From NCBI GenBank assembly GCA_963801995.1, contig CAWDGW010000014.1:359523-423522 (forward strand): a DNA stretch of 64,000 bases, read 5' to 3'. The stretch is from an uncultured Holophagae bacterium (GTDB lineage Bacteria; Acidobacteriota; Thermoanaerobaculia; Thermoanaerobaculales; Sulfomarinibacteraceae). Under the pieces are notes generated by a model. It was not told the origin of the DNA, did no database searches, and saw only the letters and a program-made list of their open reading frames with translations. The position numbers and the translations under genes were made by a program. Each line of letters begins with the position of its first letter. Within the stretch, counting starts at the first letter, position 1. Shown here piece by piece: positions 1-11,000 of the stretch.

Positions 1-1070
1 CCCGGCACGGCTTTGATGGCGTCTACACCATTCAATGGCATCGCACACCGCCCCACTGGGTGGAGAACGAGGAATCGCTCGGCGAGCACCCGGGGTGGGC
101 GGCGCCCGGATGGAGGGGTCCGCTCCGCCGATGTCATTTTCTGACCGATGGGGTGATCGAGGGCGGTTCACCTTTTCTCGGTCGCAAGCTGCTGATGGCA
201 AACCCCGACGTCGGGATTTGGGTGTGCCGTCCCACCGAAGGGGAAGCCACCCTGGTGGCCAACGCCGACGGTGACGAGTTGACCTTCGTCCATGCCGGCA
301 CGGGGCGGATCGAGTCGCCCCTCGGAGTGTTGGGTTTCGAACCGGGGGACTATGTCTATGTCCCCCAGGGCATGCCCCACCGGTGGGTGCTCGACACGCC
401 GGCGCATCTGCTGATGATGGAAGCGCGCAGCACCCTGCGGATTCCGAAGCAGTTCCGAAGCCCGGACGGCCAGCTCAACATGTTCGCGCCGTACACCCAC
501 CACGATTTTCGAGAACCCGCTTGGCCGAAAGGCGGTCCCGAAAGTCTCGATGCGCCCCGCCGCCTGGTGGTCCAGAGCGGTGGCCGGTTGACCGCCTTCG
601 ACCTTGCCAACGACCCCTTTGACGTGGTGGGCTGGGATGGTCAGCTGTGGCCCTTTGCCTTCCCGATTGGGGCTTACCAGCCGAAGACCGGATCGGTGCA
701 CTTGCCCCCGACGGTCCACACCACCTTTGCAGGCCCCGGGTTCGTGGTCTGCTCCTTCGTGCCGAGGATTGTGGATTTCCACGCCCAGGCCATCCCCTGC
801 CCTTACCCGCATTCGTCGCCGGACTGTGACGAGATCCTGTTCTACGTGGAGGGCAAGTTCACCAGCCGCAAGGGGGTTGGTCCAGGGTCCATCTCGCTGC
901 ACCCAAGGGGGCTCCCCCACGGGCCTCACCCGGGGACCTACGAAGCCTCGATCGGTACAAAGAGGACCGACGAGTTGGCGGTGATGGTCGATACGTTCAA
1001 GCCGCTCGTTCCGACCGAACATGCGACCGCCATCGAGGACGAGAGCTACAACCTTGGCTGGGTGAAGTAG
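1..1070 (+). CDS. hmgA: homogentisate 1,2-dioxygenase family protein, 5' partial
   Basis: The frame of ORF 60..1070 stays open to the window edge. NADGDELTF, DVVGWDGQLWPF, YPHSSPDCDEILFY and SLHPRGLPHGPHPG resemble HGD signature regions. Confidence 0.7.
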   Translation, partial: RHGFDGVYTIQWHRTPPHWVENEESLGEHPGWAAPGWRGPLRRCHFLTDGVIEGGSPFLGRKLLMANPDVGIWVCRPTEGEATLVANADGDELTFVHAGTGRIESPLGVLGFEPGDYVYVPQGMPHRWVLDTPAHLLMMEARSTLRIPKQFRSPDGQLNMFAPYTHHDFREPAWPKGGPESLDAPRRLVVQSGGRLTAFDLANDPFDVVGWDGQLWPFAFPIGAYQPKTGSVHLPPTVHTTFAGPGFVVCSFVPRIVDFHAQAIPCPYPHSSPDCDEILFYVEGKFTSRKGVGPGSISLHPRGLPHGPHPGTYEASIGTKRTDELAVMVDTFKPLVPTEHATAIEDESYNLGWVK

Positions 1071-1080
1071 GCAGTCAGCG

Positions 1081-1115
1081 GAATTCGGAATTCGGAATGC
1101 GGAAAACCGAACCGG
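1081..1115 (+). repeat. GAATTCG heptamer array x3 + GAAAACC + GAACCGG
   Basis: Starts 11 nt after the stop codon at 1070. The reverse complement recurs at 4462-4504. Confidence 0.9.
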
Positions 1116-1121
1116 GGAGTT

Positions 1122-1153
1122 CTCAAGCCCTCAAGCCCTCAAACCCCATAACC
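1122..1153 (+). repeat. octamer array CTCAAGCC x4
   Basis: Seen directly. Confidence 0.85.
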
Positions 1154-1176
1154 CTGACAGGTAGACGGCGACTATA

Positions 1177-1204
1177 GACTTTTGACTTTAGACTTTTGAC
1201 TTAG
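1177..1204 (+). repeat. GACTTTT heptamer array x4
   Basis: Overlaps the stop codon of the minus-strand gene at 1201. Confidence 0.9.
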
Positions 1205-1674
1205 CCTATGGGGGCGGTCGCGGGATCGGCGGCCAGTGCTTCCGCCTCGGATCTCTTCGGCCAGGCCAACAACATCGACGCGATGGAAAGCGCTCCCAAG
1301 CCAACACACCACACGAGATCCCCGCTGAGAAACGTGATCACCAGACCGATGATTGCGGTGCTCTCACGGAGCGCGAATCCCACGATGATCGAAACGCGGT
1401 ATGACGCCAATCGCTCCTCGGCCGTCGGTTTGGAGGCGGCCGCAGTCTTCAGTTTGCCTGCGACCACCGATGCCACGAGCAGCTGAGCCACCGCGATGGC
1501 GGCGAGTACCCACACCACCACGGGTGCAAGCTCCGGAACCGCAGTGATGGCGTTTTGGCCCACGACGAGATAGGCCACAACCACGTAGATCGGCACGGCC
1601 ATCAGGATCGCGAAGCAGATCACCGTCGTCGTCCGCGTGAACAAATCGATGGACTCACGGTCGGTTGCGGTCAT
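1201..1674 (-). CDS. hypothetical integral membrane protein
   Basis: 157-aa ORF with about four hydrophobic helices and no recognisable family. Its stop codon lies inside a GACTTTT array. Confidence 0.5.
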   Translation of the reverse strand: MTATDRESIDLFTRTTTVICFAILMAVPIYVVVAYLVVGQNAITAVPELAPVVVWVLAAIAVAQLLVASVVAGKLKTAAASKPTAEERLASYRVSIIVGFALRESTAIIGLVITFLSGDLVWCVGLGALSIASMLLAWPKRSEAEALAADPATAPIG

Positions 1675-1719
1675 CTCACCCCCCCCTTGCTGTCGGTGAA
1701 CTCAGCGTAGCACGTGGCT

Positions 1720-1754
1720 GGAATGTGGAATGTGGAATTTGGAATGTGAAAACC
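1720..1754 (+). repeat. GGAATGT heptamer array x4 + GAAAACC
   Basis: Lies in the divergent spacer 1675-1901. Confidence 0.9.
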
Positions 1755-1901
1755 TGTCTCGACGGTCGAGCCGTAGGGGGTGAGAGAGTTCAGACACTTC
1801 GAAAAGCGGGGTGGGGGGGAGGAGGGATGGCTTTTCGAAGGGGGAGGGTGGGTGGGGAATTGCCGATTTTCCGGGAACCTCCGCGGTGCTGACATCGTAT
1901 T

Positions 1902-4439
1902 ATGGTTCGGATGCTACGACCCCGTCGACGGACCCTCGCCCTGCTGGCGCCTGGGATTTTTGCGTTCCTGATCGCCGCCCTGTCGGTTGCGGACATGTTC
2001 CTGCCGCGACCGTACGACGGGGTTGTCCTTGAAGCGGACAACCCCAAGGCCAGGGTGGTGAGGCAGGTGGTGTCCGGTTCCGGCGCCGACCGGGCTGGAA
2101 TCAGACCGGGTGACATCATTGTCGGCATCGATCGGACCTTCCTCGACGATCGAACCAACGCCCAGACCTTGCTCAACCGGCACCGGTTCGGCGAACGCGT
2201 TCCCTACCTGGTTCGGTCGGGCGGCCACATCTTCGAGGTTGAGGTGGAGATGGGCCGCCGCACCATCGGCGACATCTCCTACCTCGTGGCCTGCCTGCTC
2301 GGCCTGACCTTCTTTCTAGTGGGTTCCTTCGTAGTGGTGAAGCAGCCGCGGATGCCGGCGGCTCGAGTCTTCGCCACCATGTGCAGCCTGTTCATGCTAT
2401 TTCTGGTGTGCCGCCTGCGGCCCGCCTCCTACTCGTGGGTGGACACCCTGGTGTTGACCACCGGTACGGTAGCGCTGCTATTCCTGCCGGCCGCATTCCT
2501 CCACTTTTTCCTGATTTTTCCACGGGCCATCTGGGAGTGGCGCCGAGATCCCATCGCCAACACCCTGGGTTGGATCGCCCGCCGGAGTCGGCGGATGGTC
2601 CCGCTGTACCTGGTGCCGCCCCTGGTCTACGTGGCGGCTTTCGGGTGGTCGAGGGTGACTGGCCGGCCGCTGGCTCTGATCAGCGGCGCACCCGCTGCCA
2701 ACTGGTGGGTGATGGTCGGCTACATGATGCTCGGGCTCGGTGCGTTGTACATCAGCTCGCGCCACCTGCCTGATGTCCAGCAGCGACGGGGACCCGGGCT
2801 CGTCTTCGTCGGCTCCGTGTTCGGTGTTGTTCCCTTCTTGGTGTTCGCGGTGGCCTTTCCATCGTTCCTCGATACCGAGCGATTCCTGTTCTACGGCGTG
2901 GTTCCGCTGGTCCTCGTGCCCATTACCTTTGCCTACGCGATCATCCGCTTCCAGCTGCTCGACATCAGGGTGATCCTCCGCAAGAGCCTGCTCTACACCG
3001 TGACCACCGCTCTGGTGACCGCGGTCTACGCACTCGGCATCGCATCCTTCAATCTTTTGTTCCGAGGCACTCAGCTGGCGGCCTCACCGTTCTTTCCGGT
3101 GGTCTTCGCGCTCGCGATCGTCCTTCTCTTCGAGCCCCTGCGTCATCGGGTTCAGGGCCCTATTGATCGCTTCTTCTTCGCCGAGCGGCTCCGGCTCCAG
3201 CGGGCCATGGTGGAAATGGGGGAGGCGTTTACCAACGAGGTGGAGATCGAACCCGTCGTGAGCCAGCTTGTGGAGCGCCTGCCAAACCTGCTCAAAGTTC
3301 ACTTCGCGGCGCTCTACCTCATCCAGGGGAACCGGCTGATCCGGGTTGCGGGGCCGGTGGAGCTGCCCCTCCAGCTGCCCAACCTGAACATCCTCTACGA
3401 TCACCTGAAACGCCATGGATCCCTGGTTCGGCTCGACGATCTCGCGCCGCTCCGGCTGCTCTCGAGGGACGTTGAGGAGCTCGCTGACCAGCTCGGAGCG
3501 GTGGGCGTGGAAGTGCTCGGTGTGTTGGCCACGACCCGGCGGACGGTCGGCATCATGGTGCTCTCGGGCTCCACGCGGCAGACCTCTCTCGAGCAGGATG
3601 AGCTGCAGCTACTTCGCGGCTTGTTGAATCAAGCCTCCATCGCCCTGGAAACCCACCTCCTCCTGGACGAGCGAGCCCGGCAGGCCGAGTTCGATCGCGA
3701 GCTCAAAATCGCGGCTTCGATTCAGGCCTCGCTGCTGCCGGCCTCTCTGTCCGGCGCCGACGGCTGGCAACGGGCTGCGGTCTGCCACCCGGCGCGAGAG
3801 ATCGGCGGTGATTTTTTCACCGAGCTGCCCGGACCCGAGCCCGGGTCGAAGGCGCTCGCCTACGGCGATGTATCGGGCAAATCCATCTCAGGCGCCCTGA
3901 TGATGATGGCGGCCCACGAGGTTCTGCACTCTCTAGCCCTCACACATCGCGACCCGGAAGAGCTCCTTCGGCTTGCCAACGCGCGGTTGCACGACCTGAG
4001 GGCGCGCGATCGGGGTATTCACGGCGGCAGTTTCGTCGCCCTCGGCTACCTTGTGTTTGCGCCGGGCAACGGAGCGCTTCGCTACAGCCTGGCGGGCCAG
4101 CCGCCGCCCATGGTCCGCAGAGCGGATGGGAGTGTTGAGGAGCTGTGCATGCCGGACCATCGGGTGCCCCTGGGAGCCCTGGGCTTTGGCGGCCACGAGG
4201 TGCTGAGCACCACCCTCGGGCCTTCGGACTTGATGGTGGCGTACTCCGACGGAGTGGTGGACGCGCAGTCTCCCGAGGGAGAGTTCTTTGGCGAGGAGCG
4301 CCTTCAGCGAGTCATCCAGGACTGCCCGGACCATCCCAACGACGCCGTGAACTGGATTGTCGAGGCCCTCGAGGATTTCACCCGCGGCCATACGCCCTAT
4401 GACGATGTCACCTTGCTCGCCGCCCGCTGGATCGGCTGA
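1902..4439 (+). CDS. membrane sensor phosphatase: PDZ + polytopic membrane region + GAF-like + PP2C/SpoIIE domain
   Basis: 845 aa. PDZ-like GIRPGDIIVGID near the N-terminus, about ten hydrophobic segments, and C-terminal SpoIIE motifs GGDFF, YGDVSGKSISGALMM, YSDGVVD, DDVTLL. Confidence 0.8.
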   Translation: MVRMLRPRRRTLALLAPGIFAFLIAALSVADMFLPRPYDGVVLEADNPKARVVRQVVSGSGADRAGIRPGDIIVGIDRTFLDDRTNAQTLLNRHRFGERVPYLVRSGGHIFEVEVEMGRRTIGDISYLVACLLGLTFFLVGSFVVVKQPRMPAARVFATMCSLFMLFLVCRLRPASYSWVDTLVLTTGTVALLFLPAAFLHFFLIFPRAIWEWRRDPIANTLGWIARRSRRMVPLYLVPPLVYVAAFGWSRVTGRPLALISGAPAANWWVMVGYMMLGLGALYISSRHLPDVQQRRGPGLVFVGSVFGVVPFLVFAVAFPSFLDTERFLFYGVVPLVLVPITFAYAIIRFQLLDIRVILRKSLLYTVTTALVTAVYALGIASFNLLFRGTQLAASPFFPVVFALAIVLLFEPLRHRVQGPIDRFFFAERLRLQRAMVEMGEAFTNEVEIEPVVSQLVERLPNLLKVHFAALYLIQGNRLIRVAGPVELPLQLPNLNILYDHLKRHGSLVRLDDLAPLRLLSRDVEELADQLGAVGVEVLGVLATTRRTVGIMVLSGSTRQTSLEQDELQLLRGLLNQASIALETHLLLDERARQAEFDRELKIAASIQASLLPASLSGADGWQRAAVCHPAREIGGDFFTELPGPEPGSKALAYGDVSGKSISGALMMMAAHEVLHSLALTHRDPEELLRLANARLHDLRARDRGIHGGSFVALGYLVFAPGNGALRYSLAGQPPPMVRRADGSVEELCMPDHRVPLGALGFGGHEVLSTTLGPSDLMVAYSDGVVDAQSPEGEFFGEERLQRVIQDCPDHPNDAVNWIVEALEDFTRGHTPYDDVTLLAARWIG

Positions 4440-4461
4440 CGAATCAACAATCGAAAACTGT

Positions 4462-4504
4462 CCGGTTCGGTTTTCCGAATTCCGAATTCCGAATTTCCAA
4501 TTCG
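4462..4504 (-). repeat. GAATTCG heptamer array with GAAAACC-GAACCGG end (reverse)
   Basis: CCGGTTCGGTTTTCCGAATTCCGAATTCCGAATTTCCAATTCG, between convergent genes. Confidence 0.9.
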
Positions 4505-4508
4505 CCCC

Positions 4509-5249
4509 TTACTTGCCTTGCATGGCTGAAAGAAGGTCGAATTCCTTGAGAACGTAGTCGGCAGGGGGATCGTAGAGGCCCTCCGGGGGGTCCAAGGTCT
4601 CCACCGACACAGTGGTGTCCACGCTCCTCATTTCGGCATCGCCGGCCATGGGCATGGTGGTGACGCTTTCCTCCTCGACGACGAAGCCCTCGATCGACTG
4701 GATCTTGGCCAGCACCTCGTCCATGCCGGGCTGCAGCGCGATGATCTGGTGGAAAAGGCTGTAGTAGACATCCCGGTCGACCTCGACCTCGGTGGTGGCC
4801 CACATGGTGTTCTTCACGGTTGCCATGCTCGAGGTCATCACGACGTCGTAACGCCGCGCCGTCCAGGGACCGACGGTCTTGGTTTCTTCCGAGGGAGTGA
4901 TCTCGACTTTCAGCTGGAGCATGTCCAACATCTGTTGGGCCACTCCTTCGGGCAAGAGCTTGCTCAGGTCGATGGGCAGCTCGATCTGGCTCATGGCCCG
5001 GTTTTGGTGGTCGATGATGACCATCAGCTGCCGGTCGAGGCGGACGATGAAGGAAGCCCCCACATCGTCCATCCGCAGCCGATCCGTCCCGACCCAGATC
5101 ACCCGTTCGGTATCGAGGGCCGGCTGGTCCTTGCCCATCACCGAGAACGCGTCGTGGTGGGACTGCTGGACGATCTTGGTGTCGGCCAGAGCTGCATTTG
5201 ACAGGGCGAGCGCCAGTGATAGGCAGATGAGGGTCGATCGATTCGTCAT
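4509..5249 (-). CDS. secreted hypothetical protein (possibly DUF4412-like)
   Basis: ORF 4509..5369 trimmed to ATG 5249, which is preceded by AGGAGG. Signal peptide MTNRSTLICLSLALALSNAALA. Confidence 0.55.
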   Translation of the reverse strand: MTNRSTLICLSLALALSNAALADTKIVQQSHHDAFSVMGKDQPALDTERVIWVGTDRLRMDDVGASFIVRLDRQLMVIIDHQNRAMSQIELPIDLSKLLPEGVAQQMLDMLQLKVEITPSEETKTVGPWTARRYDVVMTSSMATVKNTMWATTEVEVDRDVYYSLFHQIIALQPGMDEVLAKIQSIEGFVVEEESVTTMPMAGDAEMRSVDTTVSVETLDPPEGLYDPPADYVLKEFDLLSAMQGK

Positions 5250-5284
5250 GGGACCTCCTGGGTCAGCTGCTCGGGTTGTCGATC

Positions 5285-7411
5285 TTACCAGCCGTCGGAG
5301 GCGGATCGATAGTCGAGTTGATACGGCGGCATGTCGCCGCCGGGACCCTTCAGGTAGTGCTCCATCCACCGCAGCATTCGCAGCATGTAGTCGTACCGCG
5401 CCGCCCCCTTGCGATTGCCGTGACCCTCTCCGGGGTAGAGAACCAGTCGGACCGGGGTGTCGCCAACGGTTTTGATCGCTCTGAAGAGCTCCTTCGATTG
5501 GGTCACGCTGACCCTCGGATCGTCCTTGCCGTGCATGATGAGCAGCGGAGTTCGCCCCTGCTTGGCGTAGCTGATCGGGCTGCGCTGCAGGAAGAACGGC
5601 ACATCGTCGTACACCCTTTTACGGGCGTGCACGTAGTACTCCTCGTCGGGGATGTCGGTGGTTCCGATCTTGGAGTGCTTGTTGGAGATGCCCACGAACA
5701 TGACTCCGGCGGCAAATTTTTCACTGAACCGCGTCGCGCACCAGGCGGTGGCGTAGCCGCCGTAGGATCCACCGGTGACTCCCACCCGGTCTTCGTCCAC
5801 CAGTCCGATTTTCACCAGGTGGTCGACGGCGTCAACCAAATCGTCGAACTCCGCGCCGGCTGGATCCGCCTGGCTGGTGAGGGAAAATTCGACTCCTCTG
5901 CCGGTGCTGCCGCGGTAGTTGGGATAGAGGACCGCGAATCCACGCGCGGCCAGAACCTGTGCCGGCCTGCTGTAACGGCTCATCCAGCCGTTCCGGTAGT
6001 GGGACTCCGGTCCGCCGTGCACCACCAATACGAGCGGCACCCTGCTGCCCGGTTCGCGGTCGAGCGGGTGAATCAAAATGCCCTCGAGATCCAAGCCATC
6101 TCGGGCCTTGAATCGAATGAGTTCCTGTCGGCCAAGCCGAATGTCGGCCAGCCAGGGGTTTGAGTCGGTGAGGCGCCGAGGCTGTGTGGAACCAGGTGCG
6201 GCGACGAAGACCTCGCCCGGGTGGGACGCAGAACCGCCGACTGCCGCCCAGGCCCCGTCCTCGGCCATGGTGAAGGAGGAGAACACGGTCCCGTGGGTCA
6301 GCCCTACAGCGGATGGCGGTGAGGATCCGTCCGCCGGGACGACAAAAAGGTCTGACGCGGTGCCCACATCTCCCATGAACACCAGGGTGGAGGGGTTCCG
6401 CCATGCACACCGATTGACGTGTCCGGCGAAGTTCTCGGTCAGATTGACCGCTCTGCCGCCAGGAGCGGTCGCCACCAGGAGGGAAGACTCCGCCGGGTCG
6501 TGCAGATCGACCCCGGCGATAAAGGCGAGCCGTTGGCCGTCCGGGCTCCAGGCTATGCGACCCAGCTTGGCGGCGTGGTCCACTTCCCCCTCCACCTGCC
6601 CCGTGGTCGCAGACACCACGAGCACCCGCTGCCGCATGTACTCGTCATCCACCAGCGGGCGGGGAGCCACGGCCAGGGCCAACCGATCGTCCACCGGGCT
6701 CCAGTGGACCTGAAACGCTGAACCATCCACCGGCAGCCGAGCCGGTTCGGAGTCTCGGTCCTTCAGGGTCGCCACCCACACCGCCCGGTGTCGCCAGTCC
6801 TCCTCGTAGACTTCTTGGTTGAATCCGTCCTCTTCCTCTTCCTCGCGCTCCTCTGAGATTGGGATCTTGGCGATGAAGGCGAGCTGTGTGCCGTCCGGCC
6901 GCCACGAGTAGGAGAGGATGTCGGATTCGAAGGACACGATGCGTCGAGCCTCACCGCCTGCGACCGGAATCGAGTACAGCGATTTGTAATCGTCGCCATC
7001 CCTCTTCGCGATGAAGGAGATGCCCTTGCCGTCGGGCTGCCAGTGGACCGAGGACACGTTCACCTCGCCGGTCACGAAGGGCCTGGTCGTCCCCGAGGCA
7101 ATGTCGATCACGTGGAGTTCGGTCCACGATCCGCCGTTGTCCTGGTCGAAGAGCGCACGGGGAACGGCGCGAACCGCGGCGATGTGGTGACCGTCGGGCG
7201 AGATCTCCGCAACGACAAAGGACTGCAGTTCCGCCAGCTGCTTCGGAGTCATTCCATCAGAAGCGCCGTGGCTGAGCCCGGCGACGGCCAGCACCACTGT
7301 GGCGATCGCTGCGGCCGCAGCAGTCACCCGGTGAGATGTGCGGTTGAGAATCGGTTGGGTCTGGCTGGTGGTTGTCACGGTGGTTTTCCTCCGGAAGGTG
7401 CGTATCGGCAA
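5285..7411 (-). CDS. S9 family serine peptidase (prolyl oligopeptidase/acylaminoacyl-peptidase type) with N-terminal beta-propeller
   Basis: 708 aa with signal peptide, propeller-like repeats, nucleophile elbow GGSYGGY and a C-terminal Asp/His region (HGKDDPRV, GEGHG). Confidence 0.85.
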   Translation of the reverse strand: MPIRTFRRKTTVTTTSQTQPILNRTSHRVTAAAAAIATVVLAVAGLSHGASDGMTPKQLAELQSFVVAEISPDGHHIAAVRAVPRALFDQDNGGSWTELHVIDIASGTTRPFVTGEVNVSSVHWQPDGKGISFIAKRDGDDYKSLYSIPVAGGEARRIVSFESDILSYSWRPDGTQLAFIAKIPISEEREEEEEDGFNQEVYEEDWRHRAVWVATLKDRDSEPARLPVDGSAFQVHWSPVDDRLALAVAPRPLVDDEYMRQRVLVVSATTGQVEGEVDHAAKLGRIAWSPDGQRLAFIAGVDLHDPAESSLLVATAPGGRAVNLTENFAGHVNRCAWRNPSTLVFMGDVGTASDLFVVPADGSSPPSAVGLTHGTVFSSFTMAEDGAWAAVGGSASHPGEVFVAAPGSTQPRRLTDSNPWLADIRLGRQELIRFKARDGLDLEGILIHPLDREPGSRVPLVLVVHGGPESHYRNGWMSRYSRPAQVLAARGFAVLYPNYRGSTGRGVEFSLTSQADPAGAEFDDLVDAVDHLVKIGLVDEDRVGVTGGSYGGYATAWCATRFSEKFAAGVMFVGISNKHSKIGTTDIPDEEYYVHARKRVYDDVPFFLQRSPISYAKQGRTPLLIMHGKDDPRVSVTQSKELFRAIKTVGDTPVRLVLYPGEGHGNRKGAARYDYMLRMLRWMEHYLKGPGGDMPPYQLDYRSASDGW

Positions 7412-7445
7412 CCGGGATGGCTGACGGACTTGGTCGGTGAGCTGG

Positions 7446-7994
7446 TTAATCCGATTCGCCTGCGAGTTTGTCGCAGAAGGAGGCGAACCCGAGGGTCGTG
7501 GCCCGCAGCCGCCTCTGGGTCTCAGCCTCGGTCAACCGACCCTCGCCATCGATCAGGGCGCCGATGGTAGGCAGGTAGCAGGTGCGTCCGTAGATGTGGG
7601 CGTGGCGGTACTGAAAGACCATCTTGAGTTGCTCTACGGCCCGCACCGCGCCCCAGCGCCCGGAGGAAAGACCGACAAAGGCACAGGGTTTGTCCACCAG
7701 GCTGTCGGGAAAGGGGAGCATGTCGATGAAGTACTTCAGCACTCCGGGGAAGGAACCGTTGTACTCGGGGACGACAGTCAAGATGCCCCCAGCCCCCAAA
7801 ATCGAATCCACAAAGTGCTTCATTTCCGGGGGTTTCTGAGCGTAGGCTTCGCGAGCAAACATGGAAAGAGGGAGGTCCGCGAGATCCACCATTCGGGTCT
7901 CGATGCCGCCCTCCCGGAGCATTCCTTCCACGATTCCCGAGACGAGGCGAGTGTTGGCTCCAGGTCGGTTGGTTCCTGAGATAACGACGATCAT
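7446..7994 (-). CDS. NADPH-dependent FMN reductase family protein
   Basis: ORF 7446..8159 trimmed to MIVVISGTNRPGANT, a flavodoxin-like start. Contains the PEYNGSFPGVLK motif. Confidence 0.75.
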   Translation of the reverse strand: MIVVISGTNRPGANTRLVSGIVEGMLREGGIETRMVDLADLPLSMFAREAYAQKPPEMKHFVDSILGAGGILTVVPEYNGSFPGVLKYFIDMLPFPDSLVDKPCAFVGLSSGRWGAVRAVEQLKMVFQYRHAHIYGRTCYLPTIGALIDGEGRLTEAETQRRLRATTLGFASFCDKLAGESD

Positions 7995-8082
7995 GAGCGC
8001 CCCCGCAGCCGTCGATTCTAACAGGATCAGCGCAAATTCCGGCAAAGCGATAGGCTGCCGTAGAATGCCGGGTGGAGGACCC

Positions 8083-11000
8083 ATGAGATCAACACCCCTG
8101 GTGTCGCTTGCGGTTTTTGCATTGGCGACGGTCGCCGTGGCAGAGGAGCCCGCGCCCATTCACCACGCATTGCAGGTGAGACTTGACCCCGCCGACCACA
8201 GGATCGAGGTGGTGGACGGCCTCAGGCTCACCGGAATGGATGCTGAGGATGATGGAGGCTATCGGTTCGTGCTGCACGCCGGACTCAACCCCGAGGTGGC
8301 GAGTCCACATTGGCGGCTGCACCGGCTCGACGAGGCATCGCCTGCAGCCTTCCTCGGCATCAATGCCACATCGGAGTCCGCCGGCGGGGAGCTGCCTCTC
8401 GAGGTGTGGCGGTTGGTTCCTGGGGAGAACGGTGGCGAGTCGGTGGAGATCCGTTACGGCGGGAAAATCCACCACGAGTTGACCACCAGTGGTGAGGAAT
8501 ACCAACGGAGCTTCTCCGAGACGCCGGGACTGATTGACGAGCGAGGCGTGTTCCTCGCCGGTGCCAGTTACTGGGTGCCGACCTTTGGCGACCAATTGAT
8601 GACCTTCGAACTCGAAGTCGGCGGGTTGGTGCCGCCGTGGGACGTGGTGAGCCAGGGCGACCGAATTCGTCATCACCTGGTGGATGGCGAGCGTGTCACC
8701 GTGTGGCGAGCGGATCATCCTACCGAGGAAATCTACCTGGTGGCCGGCCCGTGGCACGAGTACTCCGATCGCGCCGGCGAGGTCGAAATCCTGGCCTTCT
8801 TGCGTGACGACGAGCCTCCGTTGGCCGACAAATATCTCGAAGCGACCAGGCGATACCTGGCGCTCTACGAGGCGATGTTGCCCGCATATCCGTACGGCTC
8901 CTTTGCCCTGGTGGAGAACTTCTGGGAAACCGGCTACGGCATGCCGGGCTTCACCTTGCTCGGGCCGCGGATCATCCGCTTCCCGTGGATTCTGACCTCC
9001 TCCTACCCCCATGAACTGCTCCACAACTGGTGGGGTAACGGAGCGTACGTGGACTTCGACCGCGGCAACTGGTGCGAGGGCCTGACCGCGTACATGGCGG
9101 ACCATCTTTTCGCCGAACAGCGGGGCGAGGCGGCCACCTACCGTCGAGCCACCCTCAAGAAATACTCGGACTTCGTTTCCACCGGCAAGGACTTCCCGCT
9201 CTCCGAGTTCACCTCGCGGCGTTCGGCGGCCTCCGAGGCGGTGGGGTACGGCAAGAGCCTCATGCTGTACCACATGGTGCGTCGGGCGGTGGGCGACGAC
9301 GCATTCCTCCAGGCCATGTCGGCTTTCTATGAGGACAATAAATTCACCCGGGCATCCTTCGATGACATCGCAGCTGCGGTGGAGTTGGCCGCCGGCGGTG
9401 ATTGGCCGGAGTTTTTCGCTGCCTGGGTGGGGCGCTCCGGTGCCCCGTCCCTGGGCATCGTCGATGTGAAGGTGGGGGAGCCAGTCGTTCCCAACGGACC
9501 CTGGAAGCTCCGCCTTCACCTGCGCCAGCAGCAGGCCGAGGAGCCCTTCTCGATCAGTTTTCCGGTGGCGGTGACCATGGATGGTGTCGAGGAGGCTCTG
9601 GTGGTGGAATCCGGTTCCTGCCAGCGGGACTGCCTGGTAGAGATCCAGTGCCCGGCTCGGCCGGTGCGAGTCGATGTGGACCCCGAGTTCGACGTCATGC
9701 GCCGGCTGGATCCCCTCGAGGTCCCGCCGGCCCTTTCTACGGTCTTTGGCGCCCCATCACCGCTCTTCGTGATTCCTGCTGACGCCACGGAGGATGAACG
9801 CCGGGCGTGGACGGAGTTGGCCGCGGGCTGGGCGCTCCCCGAGATGCCCAGGGTCGTTCTCGACAGCGAGCTCGAGGAGATGCCCGAAGGCCCGGCCTGG
9901 ATTCTTGGCTGGAGCAACCTGTGGGCCGGAAAGACGGCGGACAGGGTGGCGGTTCAGGGGTTCGGGATGGACGCTGACGTTGTGCGCCTCCCGGACGAGG
10001 CGCTGCCCCGCGCTGGCCACTCCCTGGTGGTGGTGGCCCGCAGCGTTCAGAACCCGGCAGCTGCGGTGGGGTGGGTGGCAGCCGATCCCGTGGCCGCCAT
10101 TCCCGGCCTCGCCCGCAAGCTGCCCCATTACACCAGGTACTCCTACCTCGGGTTCCGTGGCGACGAACCGGAGAACGTGGCCAAGGGCATGTGGCAGCCG
10201 TTGTCCTCACCACTGGTTCGCCATCTCGGCGACGGGGACCCGCCGCCGCTGGTTCTGCCCGACCGATCGCCGCTGGCAGAGCTGCCCGCAGTCTTCGACG
10301 CAGCCGCAATGGCCAGCGCGGTTGCTTACCTTGCCGATCCGCGGCTTGAAGGCCGCGGCCCCGGGTCGGAGGGGCTGGCCGAGGCCACTCGCTGGGTCGA
10401 GCGGCAGTTCGGGGAGATCGGGCTGTCGCCCCGTGGGGATCATGGTTTTCGCCAGTCGTGGCTCTGGACGGGAGGAGATCCCGAGCGGGAGATCGAGCTG
10501 GTCAATCTGGTGGGAGTCCTTCCCGGCACCGATGGAGCTCTCGTGGACCGGCCGGTGGTGGTGTTGGCGCACCTCGATCACCTGGGCCTGGGCTGGCCGG
10601 ACGTTCGCGCCGGCAACCAGGGGCGCGTCCACCCAGGGGCCGACGACAACGCATCGGGAGTGGTCGCGCTGCTCGAGCTGGCGCGGGCCATGGCCAACGA
10701 GCCCGCGCGCCCGCGGCCGGTGGTGTTTGCCGCGGTGACGGCGGAGGAGGCCGGGCGGGTCGGTTCGAAACATCTGCTGGCCGGGCTCGCGGAGCGGTCG
10801 GCCCCCTTGGCCTGCGTCAACCTGGATTCGGTGGGCCGGCTGGGCGACGGCAAGCTCTTCGTTCTCAACGCCGACTCGGCGCGGGAGTGGCGGTTCATCT
10901 TCATGGGTGTGGGCTACACCACCGGCGCGCCGGTGGCGGTGGTGGCCGAGCCGCTGGACAGCTCGGACCAAATGAGCTGCATCGAGGTGGGAGTGCCGGC

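Noticed and set aside
8089-9519. 476-aa ORF on the minus strand, antisense to the M1/M28 peptidase gene
   Set aside because: It is a typical high-GC shadow ORF. Its composition is Arg/Gly/Pro-rich with no motifs, whereas the plus-strand frame has clear peptidase signatures.
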